This document shows, one piece after another, positions 28,129 to 37,732 of a stretch of 51,349 nucleotides of DNA. Source of the stretch: Bdellovibrionales bacterium (GTDB lineage: Bacteria > Bdellovibrionota > Bacteriovoracia > Bacteriovoracales > Bacteriovoracaceae); NCBI GenBank assembly GCA_023250815.1, contig JAHEZZ010000001.1, positions 1-51,349 of the forward strand, in the 5' to 3' direction. The translations under genes and the position numbers were made by a program. Position 1 is the first letter of the stretch. Each line of letters begins with the position of its first letter. The notes below the pieces were generated by a model. The model worked only from the letters and a program-made list of their open reading frames with translations. It did no database searches and was not told the DNA's origin.

Positions 28129-31100
28129 TTAAAGTTTTCCAGCTAGAAAATCGGCGATAATTGTTTCTTTTTCACTGCTGATACTTTTCATGGTGCTATT
28201 AATTTCAAACCAATCCATTTCCCAACTCATTTCGAAATAACGTCGAAGTTCTACTTCAATATTATTCCACTGCTGAATGCAGGCCAAGCGATTTTTTAAT
28301 TTTTTGTTTTTCATAATTAGCTTTGTTCGTAAATGCAAGTTGGCCCGAGTTATTTCCCATTTCTTTTTATTATCTAAGGTTCCCAGCTCTTTTTTCATTT
28401 CTAAGGTGGCGAATACTGCTCTATTAATCATTGATAATTTATCATAAAGGCTGCCAGAGAATTGCGCCAGCGCATTTGCCGCACATAAATTTTGAAAATT
28501 ATTTTTACCGACTTCAGAGTCAATAATATTTTTTATAAATACTGCTTCATTCCTAGACTCTATTTCGTAGGCCTTATTTTGATTGCAACGAATAATAATA
28601 TTCTTGGCCTCTGGCCCGGAGTTACTTACCATATTTAAAAATGATTTTTTAAAGTAATCGAGACTTGAGGAATTAAAAATTTCATTTTGTATCTTTCTCA
28701 AAGAATCTTTACAGATAGATTTCCCTTTAAGTTCCGCTTGGCAACTGGGGATTTTTAACTTTTGAAGTTCGCTAACGCTATTATCTTTACAATTATTATA
28801 TTCATTCGTTGATTCTAGGTTTTTTGTAAAGAAGTTATTGGAAAAAAGCATAGAGCATTTATTAATTAATGCAATCTGGCCCGGATCTGGATTATTGAAG
28901 AGATCCTGGATTAATTGCAAAGTTAAAAATTTAATGTCTAAATTTTTATTAAGCTGGAGCTTCTCCGCATTTACCTCACTTGATTTACTTGTGAGTGGCA
29001 CAATACCTGAACAGAGTTCTTTGAGAACTTTTAAATTCCACTCTGCTAAAGTATGAAAATTAAGTATACTTTGTGGGTGTTTTTGGGAAATTATTTTTTC
29101 TAGTATAGGCAATAAATCACTGTCTTTTAAGCAAGAGTTGATGGCCTTTTCTGGATCGCCCTCATATTTATTTTTCAGGGTTATTAAAACTGAGTCCCTG
29201 ATACTGTCGAACTCTTGATTCATCCAAAAAAGTTCACTTGAGGCCCGTGATTGAATTTGAGTATGAATATCTTGTAGAAAACTTGGAAGAAAATTATTAA
29301 AATAATATTTAAGGTGATATTCTTGAAGCTGATTCTTTTCGGCGTCTAAAGTAATAGAAATCATATCTCTTATAAGGGGCGGGGCCTTCGTATTAATACA
29401 ACCAAGGAGCCCTTTTTCGATAAATTGTTCTTTTCCTGAATAGGGCGAAAACAACTCATAGGCCTGGCGATTTTCCTTCGACATACAATTTTTAATAAGC
29501 TCATCAATTTTTTGGGGTAAAGAAAAGTCCAGAGATATAAGGTGTTTTTTTACTAATTGAGCGGTGTTGTTTTTTGCCTCGATAAAAGGATTTAATTTTA
29601 GGTAGCGATCTATTTCGTAACTGACGATCTCTGGAGCAACTTCGCTTTGTATTTCCTCAGATAAAAGTACTATTTGTTCTTGGGCCGTACTGTTAAAACA
29701 TTCTTCTAGTTTGGTTGTTGAATGACCAAATAGATTACTACAATACATAATTAAAGCGTCAGAATCCATTGATTGTGAAATTGCTTCTCTTAATTTTTTG
29801 GATGCTAATAATGATTTTTTAAGGTCGGGGTTTAGAGATAACACTTTGTTCATTTCCTCGCCTATCTTGTTGTTTGAGTAATCCGCAAGAGATTTTTTAT
29901 TGTGATCACTACTTAAAAACTGGCAGCTTTCCCAGTACTGATCTTTAATTAATTTAATGATCAAGTCGCCTTCTTCCTCTTTTACTTTTTCCACACATCT
30001 TTGATAATCAGGGCCAGTAGTTTCATTATGGTTTGTGGAGAGGCTGCAGTTAGAAACTAATTGTGATGCTCTTTTGGTTGCATATTTATTAATGAAGTTG
30101 ATATATTGCTGACTTTGGCCATCGGACTCATAACTAATTCCAAATATTTTTTTAAAATAATTGAATTTTTCTGGAATTTTTATTAAAGAATCTTCTGGTT
30201 TGAGTCTCGAAAAAGTCCAGGATTCGGCATAATCTTCATGTGGTGAAGTTTGGGAATAATTTGAAATATAATTTACGGTTGAATCACCGGCCCAACGGTA
30301 AATTATTTTGTTGTTATTTCTTTCTTCAACTTTTTTCCAATTACTAAGTTTCATCCAGTCGACGCTTAAGCTTGGTCTTTGATCAACATTTTTATGTAAA
30401 TTTCCAAGAGAATAGTCGATGTGGTGAGTGAGCTCGTGATAAAAACATTCGACAGCTCGACTCCCGAGATCAAGCAATTCTTCTTTTTGCCAAGAAAATT
30501 TTTTTTCTAAACAATTGTCGACAAAGAAGATCCAACCAGTGCTATAGGCCATCGCCGCAGAAGTAAAGATTTGGTTGTCTTCTTTTTGCAAAAGTTTGTA
30601 TCCAGGATGGATGGGACTTCTATAAATGGTTTTCATTGTTGGTAGAAAAGTCATATGAGGTGGCAGAGATTGGCCAACTGCCCAGATAAAATCCAGTTCT
30701 TCTTTTTGAAATAGTATTTTTTCTAGTTTTTCATCGCTTGGAATAATGAGGTAAGGATGATCTCTGCTCATGGTTATAAAATAACCTGTTTTTAGGTAGA
30801 ACCAATAAAATAAATGCCCAGTTAATTGGCCTTCATCTTTATAAATAGTATTGATGACACAAATTAAATCAGTGCAATCGTCAATCTTGATTTCCTTTGA
30901 GATAAGATGGTCATTTTTAACTAGGGCCTGGGCCATTGAAGGGGAGAGTGAACTTAGTTCTAGATTTCTCCAAAATTTTTTCTTATAGGATACATTGACT
31001 AATTTATTTCGTTCTAGCTCTAATTCTTTAATTTCTTTTTGCAGGCGTAGAAGGTTAGGACTATGGGGCAAACATATTTGCTCTTCTTCAGAAGATAGGC

Positions 31101-31257
31101 CTCTATTTATAGTATCATTTTCTGCTGGTTTTAAATTTTTTAAATATAATGAAGAATTTTTTAGAAGTTTATTTTTTTCTTGAATATGATTAGGAGTTTT
31201 AAAGAAAAAAAATATAAATAATAAAATTGAAATTGTCGCCAGGGTTTTATTACTCAT
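28129..31257 (-). CDS. Large (about 1042 aa) N-terminally membrane-anchored protein with one zincin metallopeptidase motif
   Basis: TM/signal anchor LATISILLFIFFFF. HELTH is encoded at 30424-30438, with a downstream HEDYAESW glutamate segment about 65 residues later. The rest is Cys-containing, helical-looking and unassigned. The probable start ATG at 31257 overlaps the lipoprotein stop by 8 nt (track start 31275). Confidence 0.6.
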   Translation of the reverse strand: MSNKTLATISILLFIFFFFKTPNHIQEKNKLLKNSSLYLKNLKPAENDTINRGLSSEEEQICLPHSPNLLRLQKEIKELELERNKLVNVSYKKKFWRNLELSSLSPSMAQALVKNDHLISKEIKIDDCTDLICVINTIYKDEGQLTGHLFYWFYLKTGYFITMSRDHPYLIIPSDEKLEKILFQKEELDFIWAVGQSLPPHMTFLPTMKTIYRSPIHPGYKLLQKEDNQIFTSAAMAYSTGWIFFVDNCLEKKFSWQKEELLDLGSRAVECFYHELTHHIDYSLGNLHKNVDQRPSLSVDWMKLSNWKKVEERNNNKIIYRWAGDSTVNYISNYSQTSPHEDYAESWTFSRLKPEDSLIKIPEKFNYFKKIFGISYESDGQSQQYINFINKYATKRASQLVSNCSLSTNHNETTGPDYQRCVEKVKEEEGDLIIKLIKDQYWESCQFLSSDHNKKSLADYSNNKIGEEMNKVLSLNPDLKKSLLASKKLREAISQSMDSDALIMYCSNLFGHSTTKLEECFNSTAQEQIVLLSEEIQSEVAPEIVSYEIDRYLKLNPFIEAKNNTAQLVKKHLISLDFSLPQKIDELIKNCMSKENRQAYELFSPYSGKEQFIEKGLLGCINTKAPPLIRDMISITLDAEKNQLQEYHLKYYFNNFLPSFLQDIHTQIQSRASSELFWMNQEFDSIRDSVLITLKNKYEGDPEKAINSCLKDSDLLPILEKIISQKHPQSILNFHTLAEWNLKVLKELCSGIVPLTSKSSEVNAEKLQLNKNLDIKFLTLQLIQDLFNNPDPGQIALINKCSMLFSNNFFTKNLESTNEYNNCKDNSVSELQKLKIPSCQAELKGKSICKDSLRKIQNEIFNSSSLDYFKKSFLNMVSNSGPEAKNIIIRCNQNKAYEIESRNEAVFIKNIIDSEVGKNNFQNLCAANALAQFSGSLYDKLSMINRAVFATLEMKKELGTLDNKKKWEITRANLHLRTKLIMKNKKLKNRLACIQQWNNIEVELRRYFEMSWEMDWFEINSTMKSISSEKETIIADFLAGKL

Positions 31258-31687
31258 AATAAACCACCCGCACAACTCGGTCGGCCCCCCTGTCGTAGAT
31301 TACAGAAATATTTTCTTTTGATCGATATTCAACCATGAAGTTTTCATTCTTATGATCCTTATCATTAGGATTCTCTATTATTTTTTTTTCGTAAATTTGT
31401 TGCCACTTTTGCATCCAGTATTGAAGATTTACTTCCTCAGATTCTGGCGCTCTAAAATGAGTGCTTACTTTGTCATTAATAATTTGAAATGATTCTTGGT
31501 TGTATGTGTAAATGGTGCTTTCAGTGCTGACAACTCCGTCAGTGATGCTTTCTGGTTGTCCTTTTTGCTCCACAATTTGTGAAGAGGTTAATCCTACCAT
31601 TGTATTTTTATGGACGATGTTATTTTTTCCACTACAGGCAGAAAAAATAAGGACCAAGGTAAGAGACAAAATTTTTTTTAACTTCAT
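31250..31687 (-). CDS. Small lipoprotein
   Basis: MKLKKILSLTLVLIFSAC lipobox-type signal peptide. Confidence 0.65.
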   Translation of the reverse strand: MKLKKILSLTLVLIFSACSGKNNIVHKNTMVGLTSSQIVEQKGQPESITDGVVSTESTIYTYNQESFQIINDKVSTHFRAPESEEVNLQYWMQKWQQIYEKKIIENPNDKDHKNENFMVEYRSKENISVIYDRGADRVVRVVYYE

Positions 31688-31712
31688 ATCAAACTTATCG
31701 GATAATTTGATA
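31687..31712. promoter_or_regulatory. 26-bp imperfect inverted repeat TATCAAAcTTATCgGATAAtTTGATA abutting the lipoprotein start codon
   Basis: Read directly. The outer arms TATCAAA/TTTGATA and the inner arms TTATC/GATAA are perfect. It lies in the divergent region between the lipoprotein operon and osmC. Confidence 0.4.
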
Positions 31713-31831
31713 AATCCCTAAGTTTTTGCCAACTCTACTTTTTTTCCTTAAGCTTTAAGAAGTTATACTCATCATGCCCTAGTTTGGGGTGCTGGAAAAT
31801 TAAGTAGATAAGAGTGCCATAGGGATATTTT

Positions 31832-32239
31832 ATGAGCAGTATGAAGGTCAAATATTTAGGGCAACTTAGAACAGAATCTTTGCATGTTCCTAGTGGACAA
31901 AAAATAATTACCGATGCTCCTAAAGATAATCAAGGCAAGGGAGAGGCCTTTTCTCCCACGGATATCTGCGCCTCCTCTCTCGCTTCCTGCATGATGACGA
32001 TTATGGGTATTTTTTGTCAAAGAGAAAATATCAATATGGATGGCATGGAAGCTCAAGTAGAAAAAATAATGAATACCACCCCTCGAAAAATTGCTGAAAT
32101 AAAAATAATTTTTACATGGAATGAGGCCAAACGTTACGGAGAAGATCAAATTATAAAAATAAAAAGAGCAGCACTTTCTTGTCCTGTGACTTTAAGTTTA
32201 GGAGCAGAAGTTAAACAATCTATTAAATTTGAATTTTAA
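31832..32239 (+). CDS. osmC: OsmC/Ohr-family peroxiredoxin
   Basis: Size of 135 aa and a two-Cys pattern (SPTDICASSLASCMM ... LSCPV). Confidence 0.8.
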   Translation: MSSMKVKYLGQLRTESLHVPSGQKIITDAPKDNQGKGEAFSPTDICASSLASCMMTIMGIFCQRENINMDGMEAQVEKIMNTTPRKIAEIKIIFTWNEAKRYGEDQIIKIKRAALSCPVTLSLGAEVKQSIKFEF

Positions 32240-32259
32240 ATTTTTGCCAAGGAGTAGGC

Positions 32260-33348
32260 ATGAGTGATCAAAAAATGTCTTTAAAAAAGTTAGCAGATTT
32301 TGTAGGGAGTGATTATCAACTTTTATTGGTCAAGCTAGATGAATTGATTGAGCATAAAATAATTCCACCTTATCAGAAAATTAAACAGGGGGTTTCTTGG
32401 CAAAATGTTTATAGCAAAGATGAATTGCCCTTAGTCCTTTCGAAGGTAGGATTTTTAAAAAAAACAAAAAGACCAATGGCAGTTACTGTTTTTACGACCA
32501 AAGGCGGAGTACTTAAAACAACTCTTGGATTAAATCTTGCTCGAGTAGCGGCCCTTCATGGGCTTTCTGTTTGTGTAGTGGGACTGGATATGCAAGGTGA
32601 TATGACGAATGCACTTGGTGCTGGAATAAATTGTGACGATCAAGCACAAGAAGAAATGCTTGCCAAAGGAATGAACATCAACCAATTGGCGAATAAAATT
32701 GATTCTAATAAAGGGCTTTATGATTATTATAAGGGAGATGTGAAGATTGACGATATTATTCAAAGTACTGATCTTGAAAATTTATTTTTAATTCCCGAGA
32801 CTCCCGAGCTCGTTGCCTTAAACGACCATCTGGGAAATCTCAATCGGCGGGAATATTGGTTAAGTGAAAAAATTATTCGGCCACTCAAAACTCATTTTGA
32901 TTTAATTATTATGGATTGTTCACCTAATTGGAATCGATTAACTACTAATGCCTTGGTAGGTTCTGATGTGCTGCTTTCTCCTCTCGAGTGTAAAATAAAT
33001 AATTTTAGAAATTATAAAGAGTTCTCTCAATTTTTACGGGAATTTCAACGAGATATGAATTTAGCTCTTAAAACAATCTTTGTTCCAACCAGATTTGTGA
33101 CCAACCGCCGCTTGGGCCTTGAGATTAAAAAGTGGTATGAAGAAAATGTTTCTGGAATTACTAAATTTGGTGTGCCCGAATGTGTACTAGGTGAAGAGGC
33201 CTCAGCTTTGAATATTTCAGTGCTTGAGCATGCTCCAAATAAATTACAGGCCCAAGAAATGAGATTATTGCTGACAGAGATTGGGAGTTTTTTAACCGAT
33301 GGATTATCATTGGAAATATCCAGTACTGATCAGGCACAATGGAGCTAA
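32260..33348 (+). CDS. Orphan ParA/MinD-superfamily ATPase with an N-terminal extension of about 70 aa
   Basis: Deviant Walker A KGGVLKTT encoded at 32500-32523, A' box VVGLDMQGD and Walker B FDLIIMDCSPNW. An SD AAGGAG lies 5 nt upstream of the ATG. Confidence 0.85.
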   Translation: MSDQKMSLKKLADFVGSDYQLLLVKLDELIEHKIIPPYQKIKQGVSWQNVYSKDELPLVLSKVGFLKKTKRPMAVTVFTTKGGVLKTTLGLNLARVAALHGLSVCVVGLDMQGDMTNALGAGINCDDQAQEEMLAKGMNINQLANKIDSNKGLYDYYKGDVKIDDIIQSTDLENLFLIPETPELVALNDHLGNLNRREYWLSEKIIRPLKTHFDLIIMDCSPNWNRLTTNALVGSDVLLSPLECKINNFRNYKEFSQFLREFQRDMNLALKTIFVPTRFVTNRRLGLEIKKWYEENVSGITKFGVPECVLGEEASALNISVLEHAPNKLQAQEMRLLLTEIGSFLTDGLSLEISSTDQAQWS

Positions 33349-33352
33349 TTTT

Positions 33353-33757
33353 ATGAGTATTGGATTAGATGATTTAAGTAAAAATAAACGTCTTTTAAAA
33401 AGTAAAAGTTTTCAGATTGCCCCGAAGACTGAAATGCCTAAAAAAGAGAGAAATAGTGTTCGTCCTTGGGAAAATGCCCCAGATATTCAGGCCAATTTTG
33501 AAATTCGTGGGATGCCTTCTCTCGATGCTTACCAAGAATCAAAAACGATCGTTAGGCAAAACGAGGAACAAGCAAATTTTTTTCGCCAAAGATTTCAAGA
33601 AAGTGAAGTCTTTCAAAAAGAAAAATCTGCTTTTATTGGTGTTCAGCATGACTCCAATCTTGCGCCAGAAGCTGACTGGAGTTATTCTTTGCCATTTATG
33701 AATTTGTCATTGTGGGAAAGATTGAAGAGAATGATGAGGTCATTTTTTGCCGATTAG
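33353..33757 (+). CDS. Small charged hypothetical protein (134 aa), candidate ParA partner
   Basis: The ATG lies 4 nt after the ParA-like stop, with GGAG 8 nt upstream. It has a basic N-terminus (KNKRLLKSK) and a C-terminal amphipathic LSLWERLKRMMRSFF. No ParB motifs are visible. Confidence 0.5.
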   Translation: MSIGLDDLSKNKRLLKSKSFQIAPKTEMPKKERNSVRPWENAPDIQANFEIRGMPSLDAYQESKTIVRQNEEQANFFRQRFQESEVFQKEKSAFIGVQHDSNLAPEADWSYSLPFMNLSLWERLKRMMRSFFAD

Positions 33758-33782
33758 ATGGAATAATAAGTAAGAGGTTTTT

Positions 33783-33992
33783 ATGATTACACATGCTGAA
33801 AAAAAGGCCAGAAAAGAAAAAAAACGGGAAGAAAAAAGAGAAGTTTTAAAACAAAAAAAAGTAGAAGAACATAACTCCTTACACGAGAAACAAGCTCATT
33901 TGCAAAAAGCTAAAATCAGTAAACAGAACATTTTTATTATGGTGGGAATTATTTTAATTGCCAGTTTATTTGTTTTTTTGAATATGCATTAA
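33783..33992 (+). CDS. Tail-anchored K/E/R-rich small membrane protein (69 aa)
   Basis: An SD AAGAGG lies 5 nt upstream. About 45 highly charged residues are followed by one C-terminal TM (IFIMVGIILIASLFVFLNM). Confidence 0.45.
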   Translation: MITHAEKKARKEKKREEKREVLKQKKVEEHNSLHEKQAHLQKAKISKQNIFIMVGIILIASLFVFLNMH

Positions 33993-33997
33993 AACTT

Positions 33998-34945
33998 TTA
34001 TTCTTGCTCAGAAAAATCCTTTTCTTCTTGATCAGTGATAATGGCCTCATCAATTTGCGCTTGATTTGTTTTGGGCATTTTTAAAGCGCTTACAATTCCT
34101 TCATTCATACGGGGAACGATAATTAGATTTTTTTCTTGGATTAAGGCCAGATCAGCGGGCCCGTCGAAATTGGCAAAAAGAACTTCACTTACACCACTAT
34201 CACCAATACGATAAATAATCCCTTGGGCCCAATCAGAGACTATAAAGTTTCCCTGGGCATCAAGTTCAAGCCCATCTAGATTTCCCAGAGGTTTAGGGGT
34301 GACAAAGGTTTGTTTTTTGCTTTTTAAATCGAGGTAATAAAGTCTTCCAGGAACAGTTGTGCCAAAGGTTGCAAAATCAGTTATGTTTCCCCAGCTAGCG
34401 ACATATAATTTATTTCCGACAACTAGAAGTCCATTGGGAGATTCTAGATTTTTGCCTTGAGCAAAGGTAGAAACTTTATTTTTTTCAATGACGTGAATTT
34501 TATTTGTAAAAGTATCAGAGACGTATATTCTCCCTTCGCCGTCAATTGCCACATCATTTAAAAATTTGGCCCCCGGAATTTCAATATTGGCAACTTGCTG
34601 ACCGCTTTTAATTTGATATCCCAAAACTCGATCGATGTCGCTCACCCATAGGGTCTCTTCAAAAATGCGAATTCCTTTTGGGGCATTAAGACCTTCTACC
34701 CATTTTTCTTTAATCATGTGGCCTTCAGTATCGGCGATACTAATCCATCCCTGGCCATCTTTCGTCACCGGACTACCGACAATATTAGAGATAAAAATTC
34801 TGCCACTAGCGGCGTGATAAAAAGCAGATTCTGGGGCAGATTTATGGGTGTCTAAATTCCAGCTTTTCAAGGTTGGTGTTTTGTTTTGTTTAGTTGCGCA
34901 AGAAAGTAGAAAAAAAGACAATAAACTTATTAAATATACTTTCAT
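33998..34945 (-). CDS. Lipoprotein, beta-propeller (SMP-30/gluconolactonase/LRE- or NHL-like)
   Basis: Lipobox FFLLSC. It has repeated D/G-rich blade-like segments (e.g. IAIDGEGRIYVSD, LDAQGNFIVSD). Confidence 0.55.
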   Translation of the reverse strand: MKVYLISLLSFFLLSCATKQNKTPTLKSWNLDTHKSAPESAFYHAASGRIFISNIVGSPVTKDGQGWISIADTEGHMIKEKWVEGLNAPKGIRIFEETLWVSDIDRVLGYQIKSGQQVANIEIPGAKFLNDVAIDGEGRIYVSDTFTNKIHVIEKNKVSTFAQGKNLESPNGLLVVGNKLYVASWGNITDFATFGTTVPGRLYYLDLKSKKQTFVTPKPLGNLDGLELDAQGNFIVSDWAQGIIYRIGDSGVSEVLFANFDGPADLALIQEKNLIIVPRMNEGIVSALKMPKTNQAQIDEAIITDQEEKDFSEQE

Positions 34946-35011
34946 GATTTGGTTTTCCTTTTATCAAAGAATATTTAAAAATTATGCCAGGGCCATAGAG
35001 GAGTGACAATC

Positions 35012-37699
35012 ATGAGTTTGTTTCAAGTGGGCCAAAGATGGATGAGTGAGGCCGAGCCAGAATTGGGCCTTGGATTGGTTGTGCAAGTTGCTCCCAAGAC
35101 AGTTACTATCGTCTTTCCGTCAACTACCCAAGAGCGCAATTATGGAGTCAAGAGTTGCCCCCTCAAAAGAGTTATTTTTCAGATTGGTGAGGAAATTAGC
35201 ACTATTCACAGTGAAAAATTTAAAATCGAAATTATCCAAGATAATGGCGGAGTGATTACTTACAAAGGTGAAGGCCATAGCATCTCAGAAACAGAACTAT
35301 CCGGAGAAATTAGTTTTAATCATCCTGAAGAAAAAGTTTTTTTAGGGCAGAGCGATTCTCTTGATCTATTTGATTTGCGCTATAAAACGCTTTTTTATAA
35401 AAAAGAATATCTGCAATCCCCTGTAAGGGGTTTGATGGGAGGGAGAATGTCCCTTATTCCTCATCAATTTTATATTGCCAAAGAAATTACTTCTCGCTCC
35501 ATTCCTCGAGTGCTTTTAGCGGACGAAGTAGGGCTCGGAAAAACAATTGAAGCAGGACTTATTTTGCATCAACAAATAATTACTGGGCGAGTTTCACGGG
35601 CCCTCATTGTTGTTCCTGATACCTTGGCCTATCAATGGTTTGTTGAAATGCTTCGCAAATTTTCTCTTACTTTTTTTGTTGTTAATCAAGAAACTCATTT
35701 GGAGGAGGGAACTAATCCTTTTGTCGACAAGCAGCTGGTGATTACTGGGATTAATTTTTTAAAAGGTTCACCGCTGGCCCTTGGTTTTTGCCAGGAAGCG
35801 AGTTGGGATATTATGATTGTGGATGAGGCCCATCAACTAGATTGGAAATTATCTGGGGCATCGGCCGAATATTTAATAATTGAATCTCTGGCAAAAAAAA
35901 TTGAAGGCCTGCTACTTTTAACTGCTACTCCTGAACAGTTAGGTAAAGAAGGGCATTTTGCCCGTCTTCGACTCTTGGATCCTGAAAGGTTTTTTGATTT
36001 TAAAAAATTTTGTGATGAGGGTGAAAAATATTTAGAAGTGGCCAATAAAGCGAGAGCACTTATCGAATCTCGCTCATTTGAAGAAGTCGATAAACTTTTA
36101 GAAACCCATGGGACTGGGAGAGTTTTTTTCCGCAATACTCGCCAGGGATTAGTGAAGGAATTTGATTTTTTTCCCAAGAGAATAATGCACACTTATCCTC
36201 TGGAGTTTAAAAAAGTAGAAGAAGAGTTAGATGAAGAAGGATTGGGATCGGCCTTTGTTATTCGAGTTGCTTGGCTTTCTGAATTTTTAATGTCTCATTT
36301 AGATGAAAAAGTTTTACTTATTTGTCAGTCGAAGAAAAAGATTTTGGCCTTGGAAAAAAATCTCAAAGAAAGTGTTCCAAGTTTAAAGATTGCCCTATTC
36401 CATAGCGATTTAACTTTAGTGGCCAGAGACCGACAAGCTGCTTATTTTTCGGAAACAGATGGAGCACAAATTTTGCTCTGTACAGAGATAGGATCAGAGG
36501 GGCGTAATTTTGAGTTTGCTCGGCATTTGGTTTTATTCGATTTGCCGCAAAATCCCGACGTGCTTGAGCAACGTATTGGACGCCTTGATCGTATCGGGCA
36601 AAAAAATAATATTTTTATTCATATCCCCTATTTTAAAAATTCTTGGGAGGAGTTGCTATTTCGTTGGTACAATGAAGGGTTTAATGCTTTTGGCGAGTCT
36701 CCAAAGGGCTCTACCGTAGTTTATCAAGAATTAAAAGAGAAGTTGCAAGAGATGCTGAAAAATTCGGCACAGTTTTTAGGAAAAAATGGCAAAAAATTTG
36801 AAAATTTTTTGTGTGAAACACAGGAGAAATATTCAAAAATTCTTCAGACTGTTGAAGCGGGAAGAGACGTTCTTATTGAACGTAATTCTTTTAATCACGA
36901 TAAGGCCCATATTACTCTTAATATGATTTGTGAAAAAGAAGAAAGCATGGATTTAGAGCGCTATATGGATAAAGTTTTTGACCATCTGGGTGTTGATGCT
37001 GAAGATTTGGATGCTGAATCGGTTTATATAAAACCAGGTGATAATATGTTTGTGCCCTCTTTTCCTTGTTTAGATAGCGAGGGTGTAACCATCTCTTATG
37101 ATCGTGTAAAGGCCCGTGAGCGTGAAGATTTTTATTTTATAACATGGGACCATCCGATGGTCATTGGAGTTATGGATCTTATCATCAGCTCTAAATTTGG
37201 AAATGTGGCAGTTTGTTCAAGGAAAAAACAAGGGGCCAATAATATTTTTTTAGAGGCCTTTTTTATTACCGAATGTGTTGCCTCTCAAAAATTAAATGCA
37301 CATCGCTTTTTTCCTCCACATTTAATTCGCGTATTGATCGATTCTCAAAATGTCGATCTAACAGATAAATGGCCAAAAGAAATGTTGGATGACCGAATTG
37401 AGGATGCACCAGGTGAGTTGCTCAATAAATTAAAAACGATTCCAAAAGAAAGGTTAAAAAGTTTAATTAAACAGGCAGAAATAATTGCCCAAAAACGTTT
37501 TTCTGTTTTAAAAATTGAACTCAAAGAGGAAATGCAAAATTTTACAAATCGCGATATTCAAAGGTTGAAATATCTAAAAGAAGTTAACCCCAGTATTCGC
37601 AAAGAAGAAATTATCTTGCTAGAGAAAGAGCAAGATGAACTTAGCGGTGTTTTGGAAAAGTCCACACTTTCATTAGATTCATTCAGATTAATTGTTTAA
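35012..37699 (+). CDS. rapA: RNA polymerase-associated SNF2 ATPase RapA (HepA)
   Basis: RapA-type N-terminus MSLFQVGQRWMSEAEPELGLGLV and SNF2 motifs LLADEVGLGKT, DEAH and QRIGRLDRIGQ. GAGGAG lies 8 nt upstream of the ATG at 35012 (track GTG at 35003). Confidence 0.9.
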   Translation: MSLFQVGQRWMSEAEPELGLGLVVQVAPKTVTIVFPSTTQERNYGVKSCPLKRVIFQIGEEISTIHSEKFKIEIIQDNGGVITYKGEGHSISETELSGEISFNHPEEKVFLGQSDSLDLFDLRYKTLFYKKEYLQSPVRGLMGGRMSLIPHQFYIAKEITSRSIPRVLLADEVGLGKTIEAGLILHQQIITGRVSRALIVVPDTLAYQWFVEMLRKFSLTFFVVNQETHLEEGTNPFVDKQLVITGINFLKGSPLALGFCQEASWDIMIVDEAHQLDWKLSGASAEYLIIESLAKKIEGLLLLTATPEQLGKEGHFARLRLLDPERFFDFKKFCDEGEKYLEVANKARALIESRSFEEVDKLLETHGTGRVFFRNTRQGLVKEFDFFPKRIMHTYPLEFKKVEEELDEEGLGSAFVIRVAWLSEFLMSHLDEKVLLICQSKKKILALEKNLKESVPSLKIALFHSDLTLVARDRQAAYFSETDGAQILLCTEIGSEGRNFEFARHLVLFDLPQNPDVLEQRIGRLDRIGQKNNIFIHIPYFKNSWEELLFRWYNEGFNAFGESPKGSTVVYQELKEKLQEMLKNSAQFLGKNGKKFENFLCETQEKYSKILQTVEAGRDVLIERNSFNHDKAHITLNMICEKEESMDLERYMDKVFDHLGVDAEDLDAESVYIKPGDNMFVPSFPCLDSEGVTISYDRVKAREREDFYFITWDHPMVIGVMDLIISSKFGNVAVCSRKKQGANNIFLEAFFITECVASQKLNAHRFFPPHLIRVLIDSQNVDLTDKWPKEMLDDRIEDAPGELLNKLKTIPKERLKSLIKQAEIIAQKRFSVLKIELKEEMQNFTNRDIQRLKYLKEVNPSIRKEEIILLEKEQDELSGVLEKSTLSLDSFRLIV

Positions 37700-37732
37700 A
37701 ACCAATTCCACTAAATCTATCCAAGATTAATT

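Noticed and set aside
31687-31712. Assignment of the GATAA-rich inverted repeat as a Fur/PerR box controlling osmC.
   Set aside because: The half-site orientation (TTATC-n-GATAA) is everted relative to the classical Fur-family 7-1-7 consensus (GATAAT-n-ATTATC). I kept it as an unassigned operator candidate only.
32260-33348. ParA-like gene considered as the chromosomal Soj/ParA partition ATPase.
   Set aside because: No parB follows it, no gidA/gidB/origin context is present, and it has an atypical N-terminal extension and insertion. I therefore treat it as an orphan ParA-like ATPase.
35012-37699. SNF2-family ATPase considered as part of a defence system (DISARM/BREX/other SNF2-containing islands).
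   Set aside because: The N-terminus matches the RapA-specific RNA-polymerase-binding region, the length fits RapA, and the neighbours are unrelated housekeeping or lipoprotein genes with no methylase, nuclease or PLD partners.
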